A stretch of 64,000 nucleotides of DNA from a virus (taxonomy: Duplodnaviria > Heunggongvirae > Uroviricota > Caudoviricetes), in the IMG/VR virus record IMGVR_UViG_3300009788_000100; one strand, given 5' to 3'. The position numbers and the translations under genes were made by a program. Shown one piece after another: positions 9,425 through 17,559 of this stretch. Numbering within the stretch: position 1 is the stretch's first letter; every line of letters starts with the position of its first letter. The notes beneath the pieces are model-generated. The model was not told the DNA's origin. It searched no databases and was given only the letters and a program-made list of their open reading frames with translations.

Positions 9425-10515
9425 TTGTCCAAGAGACGTGGACTATACTGTTTGTTTTCTGCCATTACCGAAAAGTAACCACGAATAGACTCTTCGTGTT
9501 CGTGGAAGTACCTTAACCGGCGAAGACGTTCAATTAAATTAGGGAGCATTGCCACCGCTGCTTTTTTTGTCGGCTCTGACAACGCCCACCGAATACTACT
9601 TTTACTTGGAAGATCGTACTTTTTCTGAAATAGAGAAAACCCCGCACACTTGTTAAGTTCGCGCCAGTTAAGGCTCTCGCTTCGTGCGTCCTCGAATATC
9701 TCCCGAGATACACATAAAGCCAAACCCATAACCCCAGCAGCGTAATTTGGGTGCCGGAGATGAAAACCTCCCGGCGTTCTATATTCTACAGTACGATTAG
9801 TGATTCTAAAGTCGCCCGGCTTTCCGTACATCCCATTGCCGAGTCGGCGTAAGTTGGTATCCTCAAGAAGCATTGCTGGGATGCCTACAAAATAATCGAG
9901 CGCTGTAATAAAGCTTCTAACAAACTCTTTAGAAGCGACCGCTGCGCCTGTAGTAATTTCCCGAGGAGCTCCGATGTGAATGTGGAAACCTAAAGCATAG
10001 TTTTGCCAGCAGGAGTGCCCCTCCATGGTGACCTGGGAAGTGCCACCAAATTGATGCTCCATTAATACAGGTAGACAATGAATTAGCTTTCTTAAGTTTT
10101 CTACTACCTCTCGTTCGTGTTCTGCCGGAGAAGGTCTTAGTTCTGCTAATGGCCCGTCGCTGCCTACTAGACCTTTTGTAGGTAGCCAATAGTTGGCTGG
10201 CATAACTTGGCCTCTAGAGTCTATAAATACAAACTCTGGATCACACCCTAAAGTTACAATATCAGGGTCCGTAGGATTACCAACCACCAAGTCAAAGGTG
10301 TGCTGGCTTACCCAAGAGGCCCCTCTTTCCTTCGCTGCCTCCGCACTGTGGGCGTCGGCCACAACAACAGAGAGCTTACCCCCAGATTCAGTGCTTAGCG
10401 AAAGCTCTGCCCCGGGGTTTACTTTAAGCTTTGCTTTTTGTTTCGCCGATAGCCGGATTACACCATCTTCTCCCGCCTTCGACATTCTTGTACTTACTTG
10501 TAAGTCTAAGCGCAT
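9418..10515 (-). CDS. carboxylate-amine ligase (YbdK/GCS2-like 'amidoligase'), paralog 2
   Basis: 365 aa. LGCDPEFVFIDSRG and LGFHIHIGAPRE motifs shared with 2831..4069 and 30344..31267. Confidence 0.55.
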   Translation of the reverse strand: MRLDLQVSTRMSKAGEDGVIRLSAKQKAKLKVNPGAELSLSTESGGKLSVVVADAHSAEAAKERGASWVSQHTFDLVVGNPTDPDIVTLGCDPEFVFIDSRGQVMPANYWLPTKGLVGSDGPLAELRPSPAEHEREVVENLRKLIHCLPVLMEHQFGGTSQVTMEGHSCWQNYALGFHIHIGAPREITTGAAVASKEFVRSFITALDYFVGIPAMLLEDTNLRRLGNGMYGKPGDFRITNRTVEYRTPGGFHLRHPNYAAGVMGLALCVSREIFEDARSESLNWRELNKCAGFSLFQKKYDLPSKSSIRWALSEPTKKAAVAMLPNLIERLRRLRYFHEHEESIRGYFSVMAENKQYSPRLLDNW

Positions 10516-10531
10516 TATTACCTATTCTATT

Positions 10532-11926
10532 CTAAACTATAGTCACCACCGGTGTATTGTTAGCTTCATACACATCTAAACGCACGTCCGCTTGCCGGTT
10601 GAGCACCCCTACGTGTTGGTCCACATAATCGAAAACGACGGCATCCGTCTTCCCCGGAAATGTTCTCTCGATACGACCGCAAGCCTGTTCAATTAAAGAG
10701 CGGCCTTTAAAGGGGGCCGTTAGGAATAATCTATTCGAGGGTTGGTAGTCAAACCCCTCTGCTAACATCCGATAGGTCGCTATTAAAATACGAAGTTTTC
10801 CTGTTTCGAAAGCATCAAGTATCTCGTCACTCTTTTTGTTTGACATTTTAGAGTGAACAAAACCTACACCAGGTAGTATTTGATCGAGTATTTGATGCAG
10901 CTCTTCCCCGTGAGGAATCCTACCGACTAAGACAATACAAACATTGTTCTCGTCGATAGAAGACTCGACAACGACGTCTGTAGCTATCTGCTGATTACGC
11001 TTTACGTCTGTGGCCAATGCGTCGCACAAGGCAGCGTAACCGAAGCGTTTTCCGCCAGCGGGGTTGTAGGGAAACTTAAATTCAGTGGGTCTCCGCTGTA
11101 CTAACGGAGTAACTAGTTGCCCATTCTTCCGCAACACCTCTTTATCTAAGTAGCACAGGGCCGGCCCTAAAGCCTGGAACATTAGCCTTCCGAGTCCGTC
11201 TTCTCTATAAGGAGTCGCCGTTAAACCGTACCGGTAGTGTGCATTAAAGGCGGATACTACCTCCATGAAAGAACGGGCCGGAGCGTGGTGGCACTCGTCG
11301 AGGATAATTAAGCCAAACTTGTCCTTGTAGTTGGACAAGTCTCGCCTAATTAACGTCTGAACGGTACCTACTGTAAAGTGAGCTATCTCTTCTTTGCCTT
11401 TACCGATAATGCCTGTATCTATCCCAAGAAATTCTGATGCTCTCTTACGTGTTTGTCGTAGCAGCCTTCCGGTGTGAGTAAGCCACAAGCAAGGCTGCCC
11501 TAATGCGGCGTAAACCATGAGAGCCATTATCGTTTTGCCGCTGCCCGGGGGAGCTACCCCCACTCCTTGGTTGCTGTTTAAAAGAGCGTTTACCCAAGGT
11601 TGTTGATAGTCTCTGGGAGTAATAATTCCCGGCGGCGGGCGTGGCTTAAAGACGAGGCTACGGTCATCGCAGTTAATTGTATGGCCGTTTTCCTGCGCGG
11701 CTTCGGCGAAGCGAGCCCAGTAACCGCGAGGTAAGCTAATCCTAGAGTTTTCCTCTGTATAGGATCTGATCTTTCTAGGAATTCCCCGGGCGCTGCGCCC
11801 GTGCTTAACAGCATCTAAGTACTCGGGGTTGTTAAAGGTTAGCTCTTTTTTACACAGTTTTATAAAGCTGGGGGGCCCCCTATCTAAATGTATGTGGCTA
11901 TCTATAATTACGTTGAGTGAAGGCAA
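10532..11926 (-). CDS. SF2 DNA/RNA helicase (DExH, ResIII/UvsW-like)
   Basis: 464 aa. APPGSGKT (Walker A), LIILDECHHAP (DExH), YRYGLTATP (motif III). C-terminal helicase lobe with FDY...Q..GR motifs. Confidence 0.75.
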   Translation of the reverse strand: MPSLNVIIDSHIHLDRGPPSFIKLCKKELTFNNPEYLDAVKHGRSARGIPRKIRSYTEENSRISLPRGYWARFAEAAQENGHTINCDDRSLVFKPRPPPGIITPRDYQQPWVNALLNSNQGVGVAPPGSGKTIMALMVYAALGQPCLWLTHTGRLLRQTRKRASEFLGIDTGIIGKGKEEIAHFTVGTVQTLIRRDLSNYKDKFGLIILDECHHAPARSFMEVVSAFNAHYRYGLTATPYREDGLGRLMFQALGPALCYLDKEVLRKNGQLVTPLVQRRPTEFKFPYNPAGGKRFGYAALCDALATDVKRNQQIATDVVVESSIDENNVCIVLVGRIPHGEELHQILDQILPGVGFVHSKMSNKKSDEILDAFETGKLRILIATYRMLAEGFDYQPSNRLFLTAPFKGRSLIEQACGRIERTFPGKTDAVVFDYVDQHVGVLNRQADVRLDVYEANNTPVVTIV

Positions 11927-12273
11927 GCTAGGTATTCCTCCCGGTCAGAGCAAATTAACGTAGCCGTGTAGGCTCGAGGCTCTACTTTTGTGACGGTACG
12001 TAATAGTGTGCTACTATGAGAGGAACTACTTGGAGACAGCCTCCTTCGCCTTTGGCGAATGATGAGTCTGCGCAGTGCGCCTTTCACGAGGTAAGCAAAC
12101 GGCCTGCCTTTAAAAGAGTCTCGATCTTCTTCAAAGCACACCCGCAGGTTATCGCAGCTTTGCTCACAGGGCGCAATGAATGGGCATGCTGGACATTCTG
12201 CGTATTTCCAAGCGAAGAGCCAGCTGGTTTTAACGCGTTCCTCTGTTGGCATGCTCTGAATTCCCCACCACAA
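11908..12273 (-). CDS. hypothetical small Cys-containing protein
   Basis: 121-aa ORF. N-terminal part (CPACPFIAPCEQSCDNLRVC) looks protein-like. The C-terminal part overlaps a plus-strand ORF. Start uncertain. Confidence 0.25.
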   Translation of the reverse strand: MWWGIQSMPTEERVKTSWLFAWKYAECPACPFIAPCEQSCDNLRVCFEEDRDSFKGRPFAYLVKGALRRLIIRQRRRRLSPSSSSHSSTLLRTVTKVEPRAYTATLICSDREEYLACLHST

Positions 12274-12396
12274 CGAGAGTACTCGTTCTTTGTATGAGGA
12301 GTTGCTTTCTTAGCGCTTCTTTTTCCTCACGTAGTTTTTCTAGGTCCCCTACTTTATCAAAGGTACGGCCGGGGAATTCAGAGCATGTGAATGCCA

Positions 12397-12831
12397 TTAC
12401 TGTCCTCGAGAACCTTTAATGTATTTTTGAGCGAGCTCTCGCTTAGTGGCAGCATCAAGTGCGTCGAAGTCCGTGGTATCGTCCTTGTCTTCGGCCTCTT
12501 CCTTACTGCCACCGGAACCAAAGATAACATCACGAGCAACGCAACCGAAGCCCGTACGTTTGATGTCGTTGCGGTCCGTATATTTGTCGGACTCGAACTC
12601 TCCAGTTACGAGGACGGTGCGCCCTCGGCTGAGGAACTCTCCACAAACCTGAGCTTGGCGCCCGAAGACGGTGGTAGGAATGAAAGCAGTCTTCTCCTCA
12701 CCATTGGGGAGTCGCCGATTAACAGCAACGGTGAACTTGCAAGCAGTGGTGCCGTTGTCGAAGGTGCGCATTTCGGGGTCATCCGTAAGCCGCCCTTGGT
12801 ATGTAATTTGTGCGAAGCCGATGATACTCAT
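12397..12831 (-). CDS. ssb: single-stranded DNA-binding protein (OB-fold SSB), paralog 1
   Basis: 144 aa. IGFAQITYQGRLTDDPEMR...FIPTTVFGRQAQVCGEFLSRGRTVLVTGEFESDKY follows the bacterial SSB OB-fold pattern. Acidic C-terminal tail (EEAEDKDDTTDFD). Confidence 0.75.
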   Translation of the reverse strand: MSIIGFAQITYQGRLTDDPEMRTFDNGTTACKFTVAVNRRLPNGEEKTAFIPTTVFGRQAQVCGEFLSRGRTVLVTGEFESDKYTDRNDIKRTGFGCVARDVIFGSGGSKEEAEDKDDTTDFDALDAATKRELAQKYIKGSRGQ

Positions 12832-12847
12832 ATATTGTTTTCCTATT

Positions 12848-13567
12848 CTATTGATTTAGTGAGTAAGAGTTGTCTATTTCTGCCTGATTGTGTTCTTTGT
12901 GGACAATTGCTTGTAGTTTTGTTTGGCGCTTGCTCGGGTTGAGGTTCGCTAGACGTAGTTGCACTAGCTCTGAACGTGCAGACACTTGTTGTTTCCCTTT
13001 TACACCATAAACATTTTTCGCGTTCAGTAAGAGGTAGCTATTAAAGGCTTTTTGCAGGGTAGTAGACCACTTGCGGGTATCCGCGGGCAGACAGGATTCC
13101 TCGTTTACCCCAAAATAAACCATCATTTTTCTGGGAAGAGTATAGGTTTTACCATGGTAACTTAAACTCAAGTTAGGGTAGGTGTTCAAGATCACGAAAT
13201 GGTCTGTAGGTACGGTCCATAAGGCTCCGGAAGTTACCAAATACCCCTTGTATTTAAGTACGGGGGTACTCTTGCTTAGTTTAAAGACATCCTCGGCTGG
13301 TCCTATTTTTGTACACTCCGGGGTGTATTTGGCAAGCTCGTTCAGCCAAGCGAGGCGGAGGGCGCCGTCGCCCGCGGCTTTCAACAGCTCACTATACTCA
13401 GGCGCACACAGCTTTTTACTTAGATTTGTGTCATAGTATCTCTCCGCGCGCGCAAACCGAAGCTCGTATTCTGCTTTTATCACTTTTTTTGGCGCCTGGC
13501 TTCTCTTTACGAGGTGCTTCTTCTTTCGTTTAAACTTGAGCGCGGGCTTGGAGTAGATCTTGGACAT
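12848..13567 (-). CDS. hypothetical protein with basic N-terminus
   Basis: 239-aa ORF, K/R-rich N-terminus, no motif recognised. Confidence 0.35.
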   Translation of the reverse strand: MSKIYSKPALKFKRKKKHLVKRSQAPKKVIKAEYELRFARAERYYDTNLSKKLCAPEYSELLKAAGDGALRLAWLNELAKYTPECTKIGPAEDVFKLSKSTPVLKYKGYLVTSGALWTVPTDHFVILNTYPNLSLSYHGKTYTLPRKMMVYFGVNEESCLPADTRKWSTTLQKAFNSYLLLNAKNVYGVKGKQQVSARSELVQLRLANLNPSKRQTKLQAIVHKEHNQAEIDNSYSLNQ

Positions 13568-13847
13568 CTGTGCATTCCTCTAGGTTGCTGTATAACCAAG
13601 CAGATAGGTTTCTCGGGGGTTTTTTTTTCTTACCTTTGCGTTGCTTTTTTGGTTCAGCAAAATGGCTACAAATAGGAGTTAGTTTTATCTTGTCAAGATT
13701 AACCGTTGCTCCTCGTGGGAGTTCGTCTGCGTCATAGACTAAACCCTTGTAGGCAAAACAGCCGTAAGGAAGGATAGTTACGTTGTGCTTACCGCGTAAT
13801 GCTCGTCCTTCTATTCTAGCTTTTATTCTGCGCTTATTTTTGGCCAC
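13530..13847 (-). CDS. hypothetical basic protein
   Basis: 105-aa ORF, K/R-rich. Confidence 0.25.
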   Translation of the reverse strand: MAKNKRRIKARIEGRALRGKHNVTILPYGCFAYKGLVYDADELPRGATVNLDKIKLTPICSHFAEPKKQRKGKKKKPPRNLSAWLYSNLEECTDVQDLLQARAQV

Positions 13848-14164
13848 TGCTCCCCAGCTTCTTTTGCATTGTGGTAGAGATAAGCTCTCCTAGACTGCGG
13901 TTTCTTCTTCTTTCTGGCAGCTCCTATTAATGCTTGCATTCCTACTTTAGCCATAAAATCTGTCAGGTCTTCCGCCTTTACTACAAAGTGCTTGTCTTCC
14001 CAGACAACGACGTAATCCCCGTGTTTAGTTCTAGTTATATTAAAACAATCAGGAATAGACCAAGATTCCATTTGTTCCCGACCAATTCCAGTTTTTTCTC
14101 TTCGGTCTTTCTGCGAATTTTTTCGTTGGGTTTTTGTGCTTTTTGCACCAGCCGTAGAACCCAT
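13823..14164 (-). CDS. hypothetical protein
   Basis: 113-aa ORF. Overlaps the upstream ORF, so the start is probably an internal Met. Confidence 0.25.
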   Translation of the reverse strand: MGSTAGAKSTKTQRKNSQKDRREKTGIGREQMESWSIPDCFNITRTKHGDYVVVWEDKHFVVKAEDLTDFMAKVGMQALIGAARKKKKPQSRRAYLYHNAKEAGEQWPKISAE

Positions 14165-15167
14165 AGTCGTCGTTATGGCCGTAGAGGTTAGCCCCTAACC
14201 AGTACTTAATGATACTCGAGGTTTGGTTCTCATTAACGTACTTGCGGAACATACCCCAAGTGTACTCATTTAGGGGGTAGGCCCCTAGGTTTGCGTGCAC
14301 TTTATCTGTTTTCCAATAGCGCTTTAATTTTAACAGGTATCTTAACAGGGTCCGTACATCTTCGTTATTTAGGGCCTTACGGCGCCTGATACGCTTGAGG
14401 TGCGCTATCGATTTCTTAAGGTTAACCCGCTTGTCAATAGCCCCGTACTTACCTTCAAGGTAAAGCTCAATACAAAAGCGACCTAATCCAAGAACTAGGC
14501 TCAGGTGTTCCGGCCGCCTTAGCATCTCGTTGGAAAGTCCGTTATATCTTAGATAGCATGTAGCTATCTTAAACTCTGTTGTATCGTACCCGCCAGTCTC
14601 TTCGACATAGGAATCAGCGGTCTCTTTACGGGTGGTGGCTTTTTCGACTGGGTTAGCGGAGTAGCGAGTAAAGGCCTTAGGACCACCAATAAGCATCCCA
14701 GTGCACCCCAAAACATAATCCATAAGGATGAACAGTTGTTCCTGTTGTTCCTTAGTTGTTGCTAGCTTGAAGATGTCACTGTAGAGATCTGAAGTAAACT
14801 CGGTGCAGTAGTCCTCGTGGAAATGGCCAGCAATGCTCTTGTCTGGGCCGAGGAGACGAAAGCTCAGTTCCAGAGTATCCTTTACTCCCGGAGGCGCCTC
14901 TAAACATAATAGACTATCTGCTGGAACCTTATTAAGATCTTCGCGAAAAAAAGCAGAGAAGCTGTTGCACACGGTTTCTCTGCAGTTTGAGGGTTCTCCG
15001 TCGGTTACACGCAAAGATTTTTTGTCGTCTTTAAGTTCAGTACTTGCGCGGTAAGAGGTTGAGTCTACGTAATCCCGGTGCCATTTATCTGGGCTGCCGT
15101 CTGCGCCGCGCAAAAATAACTTACCGCTGCAGCCTAGTTCCGTTGAAAGGTACTCGTACTTTTTCAT
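14049..15167 (-). CDS. hypothetical protein
   Basis: 372-aa ORF, no recognised motif. Confidence 0.4.
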   Translation of the reverse strand: MKKYEYLSTELGCSGKLFLRGADGSPDKWHRDYVDSTSYRASTELKDDKKSLRVTDGEPSNCRETVCNSFSAFFREDLNKVPADSLLCLEAPPGVKDTLELSFRLLGPDKSIAGHFHEDYCTEFTSDLYSDIFKLATTKEQQEQLFILMDYVLGCTGMLIGGPKAFTRYSANPVEKATTRKETADSYVEETGGYDTTEFKIATCYLRYNGLSNEMLRRPEHLSLVLGLGRFCIELYLEGKYGAIDKRVNLKKSIAHLKRIRRRKALNNEDVRTLLRYLLKLKRYWKTDKVHANLGAYPLNEYTWGMFRKYVNENQTSSIIKYWLGANLYGHNDDYGFYGWCKKHKNPTKKFAERPKRKNWNWSGTNGILVYS

Positions 15168-15357
15168 CGTTTATCTCAAGGAAGAGAACACGTAGTGCCC
15201 GCGTTTGTCGAACTTGGCCACTTCTGCGTGAACACACTCGCAGGCATCCCCACTAAGCTCACGGTAGATAGACATCGCACCTTCCGAAGTTTTCGCGAAC
15301 TGAAGTGCAACGGGCAGCTCTTCGTTTCCTATAATCACCCAGACTTTAGTTTTGCTT

Positions 15358-15942
15358 TTATTGGACATCTTTTTCCCCACTAAAGGGCGCTACCAAGCAG
15401 TCACGAATTAAACTGACCGCCTCTTTGCTTAGAGTGTATACCGATTTTTCCCGATACGGTTCAGATTCTTGAAAATAGAGGGAGAACGCTGTCGCGAACT
15501 GCTCAATATTAATATGTTTATTATCCCGATCTTTTTCTTCGCAGTAGGTACTCAAGGGGCCCATGCCTCTAAGAACTTCAGCTACCCCAGGCTGTGAGCT
15601 AAACAAACCACGGTCACTCCACAAGTAATCAACGGCGTGTCCGACCTCATGGAGCATTGTAGTGTCTACGTAGTAGTTCCAGAACTGGGCGTGAGGAAAT
15701 AAAATTAAGCGTTGTTTCGGGCGGTACTGGGGTGTTTCCGCCGTCACTCTTCCGTCTTCAGCCAACGTTTTATCGGGAATTTGGAGCCGCTTATGAACAA
15801 TGTTACTCGCTTTTTGCACATCCTCTGGTAAGACATGAAAATCTAACCCGCGGTTAAATAGCCAAGGAAATAAGCCGGGGGGCAGGGGCCACGTAAGAAG
15901 CTGGAAGCGGGATAAGTACCTCTCACTGGGGAGATACAGCAT
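15358..15942 (-). CDS. HEVGH zinc-metallopeptidase-like protein, paralog A
   Basis: 194 aa with TTMLHEVGHAVDY (HExxH). Related to ORFs 25878..26438 (ILLHEVGHVDW) and 40425..40967 (LLTHEVGHCIDF). Confidence 0.45.
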   Translation of the reverse strand: MLYLPSERYLSRFQLLTWPLPPGLFPWLFNRGLDFHVLPEDVQKASNIVHKRLQIPDKTLAEDGRVTAETPQYRPKQRLILFPHAQFWNYYVDTTMLHEVGHAVDYLWSDRGLFSSQPGVAEVLRGMGPLSTYCEEKDRDNKHINIEQFATAFSLYFQESEPYREKSVYTLSKEAVSLIRDCLVAPFSGEKDVQ

Positions 15943-16364
15943 TAATTGCCCGCGTCCAGCACCTTAAGTCGCCACTGTCCTTCGCTTGTAATGAAGTAGT
16001 AACAGTCGCCCTCGTGAAATAAATCTTGTACGGGTTCGACAGAATTGATGCTGCCGAAATCAGACAGATTATTCCAACTATGATAAGGCATAATGAAGGT
16101 CTCTCCCTCTCTAGGGAGAGCTTCTTTGTTGATGAGACCAATTACTTTACTCTTATCAAGTAGCCTTTTTTCAGGTGTTACTTTTCCAGAGGCGGCGGCA
16201 GGATTACGTGTTCGTCTGAATTCAACCCGCAGCGCTTGGTCGGTTATCTCGGTGTGGTCGGTCATATCGACCACTATGTTTTTCTCCTCCTCTTCGAAGG
16301 GCTCTTCTATATCATCCAGTGACCAACTCTTCTTGTATTCCGTTATCGTCATAACCGCTTTCAT
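15942..16364 (-). CDS. hypothetical protein
   Basis: 140-aa ORF, acidic N-terminus. Confidence 0.3.
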   Translation of the reverse strand: MKAVMTITEYKKSWSLDDIEEPFEEEEKNIVVDMTDHTEITDQALRVEFRRTRNPAAASGKVTPEKRLLDKSKVIGLINKEALPREGETFIMPYHSWNNLSDFGSINSVEPVQDLFHEGDCYYFITSEGQWRLKVLDAGN

Positions 16365-16548
16365 AGTCTAAGTTAGAATCAACCTCAATATCTGTACAGT
16401 TTTTAGTGCCGCACGCGGTGCAGTCGCCCGTGCTAACGATTCTAGTTATCTCGTAAGGCTCGTCACCGCCGTCGTAGCCCAATCCAAAAGCATAGTTACG
16501 TGATAAAGAATCGTCTCCAAGAGGCGATCCACAATACTGACATAACAT
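16312..16548 (-). CDS. small Cys-containing (zinc-ribbon-like) protein
   Basis: 78 aa with CQYCGS...CTACGTKNC pairs. Confidence 0.3.
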   Translation of the reverse strand: MLCQYCGSPLGDDSLSRNYAFGLGYDGGDEPYEITRIVSTGDCTACGTKNCTDIEVDSNLDYESGYDDNGIQEELVTG

Positions 16549-16561
16549 AATCTCTCCTTAA

Positions 16562-17068
16562 CTAAGTTCTAAAAGACTGTCCACAACCACAGGTGCTTGT
16601 GACGTTCGGGTTATTAAACTTAAAGCCCGCCCCTTGTAACGTGTCCACATAGTCTATTTCGGTGCCACGTAGGTACATTAGACTCATTTGATCTACAACG
16701 AATGAAACTTCGTGCAGAACAACTAATAGGTCTGTTGCGCTAACTTCATCTTCTACTTCTGTATCAAAGGAAAGGTCGTAGGCAAAACCAGCGCAGCCTC
16801 CTCCCACTACTTTTACTCTTAGTTTAAAAGAAGAAAGTTTCGCGTCGGTGGCCACGTCTTTAATTACTTCGGCGGCTATTTCGGTAACTCTGAGCGGGCA
16901 CTCAGGGCTTTCTTGCGGTGGTTCTTTGCTAGGCGCGCCTTCCTCTTGATCTCTTCGTCTCCCTCGTTCTTCTTCTTGAAGACGAGCTCCTCGGTTTCCG
17001 GAGTCGAGTCTGCCTTCCGCTTTTTTCGCTTCTTCGCCACTTGTGTCGGCCATTTTATCTGAATCCAT
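16562..17068 (-). CDS. IscA/HesB/ErpA-family iron-sulfur cluster carrier
   Basis: C-terminal ~110 aa carry GGGCAGFAYDLSF and the terminal NPNVTSTCGCGQSF A-type-carrier signature. The ORF's first ~55 codons overlap the 16876..17559 ORF in another frame, so the true start is probably near 16900-16930. Confidence 0.7.
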   Translation of the reverse strand: MDSDKMADTSGEEAKKAEGRLDSGNRGARLQEEERGRRRDQEEGAPSKEPPQESPECPLRVTEIAAEVIKDVATDAKLSSFKLRVKVVGGGCAGFAYDLSFDTEVEDEVSATDLLVVLHEVSFVVDQMSLMYLRGTEIDYVDTLQGAGFKFNNPNVTSTCGCGQSFRT

Positions 17069-17559
17069 GTCCCTACTCCCGGTTCCGGGTTTCTTGCCGG
17101 CTTGTAGCCACGCGCACGTAGCTCCTTTATAACCTCTTCGATGACAACAGCAGGTACATCATCATCTTCGGGTATGACAAAGGAGTGCTCCCCTTTGAGA
17201 ACTATGTCGGGAGTAGCTACTTCTTTAAGGAAGGCGCGTACGAGGTCGCGCGCTGCTCTACCTATCGTTTCTTCCCGCATTTGTTCTGCTACGCGGGCCA
17301 TATCAGCCGCAGAGGGGATCTCTTCCTCTACAGACATAGGGCCTCGCCCCTTTTTAGAGACGAGGCCCTCCGGTTGCTCCTCAGCGCTGACCCTTTGGGG
17401 TCTATGAACTTTAGTCCCGTCTAGCTGTTCGATTATGCGCTCTCGTTTAAGGATATAGCCGCAAGCATCTTCAGCACAAACGGTTTCTTCAACGTCGCCG
17501 GCGTCGTCGATATCAACGCGGATCTTGATGTCTTCACTTTTACAAAATGGACACTGCAT
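16876..17559 (-). CDS. zinc-ribbon protein with highly charged C-terminal tail
   Basis: 227 aa. N-terminal MQCPFCKSEDIKIRVD...CAEDACGY zinc ribbon, K/R/E-rich tail. Start overlaps the RNAP stop region. Confidence 0.4.
   Translation of the reverse strand: MQCPFCKSEDIKIRVDIDDAGDVEETVCAEDACGYILKRERIIEQLDGTKVHRPQRVSAEEQPEGLVSKKGRGPMSVEEEIPSAADMARVAEQMREETIGRAARDLVRAFLKEVATPDIVLKGEHSFVIPEDDDVPAVVIEEVIKELRARGYKPARNPEPGVGTWIQIKWPTQVAKKRKKRKADSTPETEELVFKKKNEGDEEIKRKARLAKNHRKKALSARSELPK

Noticed and set aside
12391-12942. 183-aa plus-strand ORF (and several others such as 2445..2963, 19601..20107, 35422..35820)
   Set aside because: They lie fully antisense to well-supported minus-strand genes (SSB, ATP-grasp, RNAP). 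They have low-complexity or odd composition and lack RBS context. Treated as shadow ORFs.
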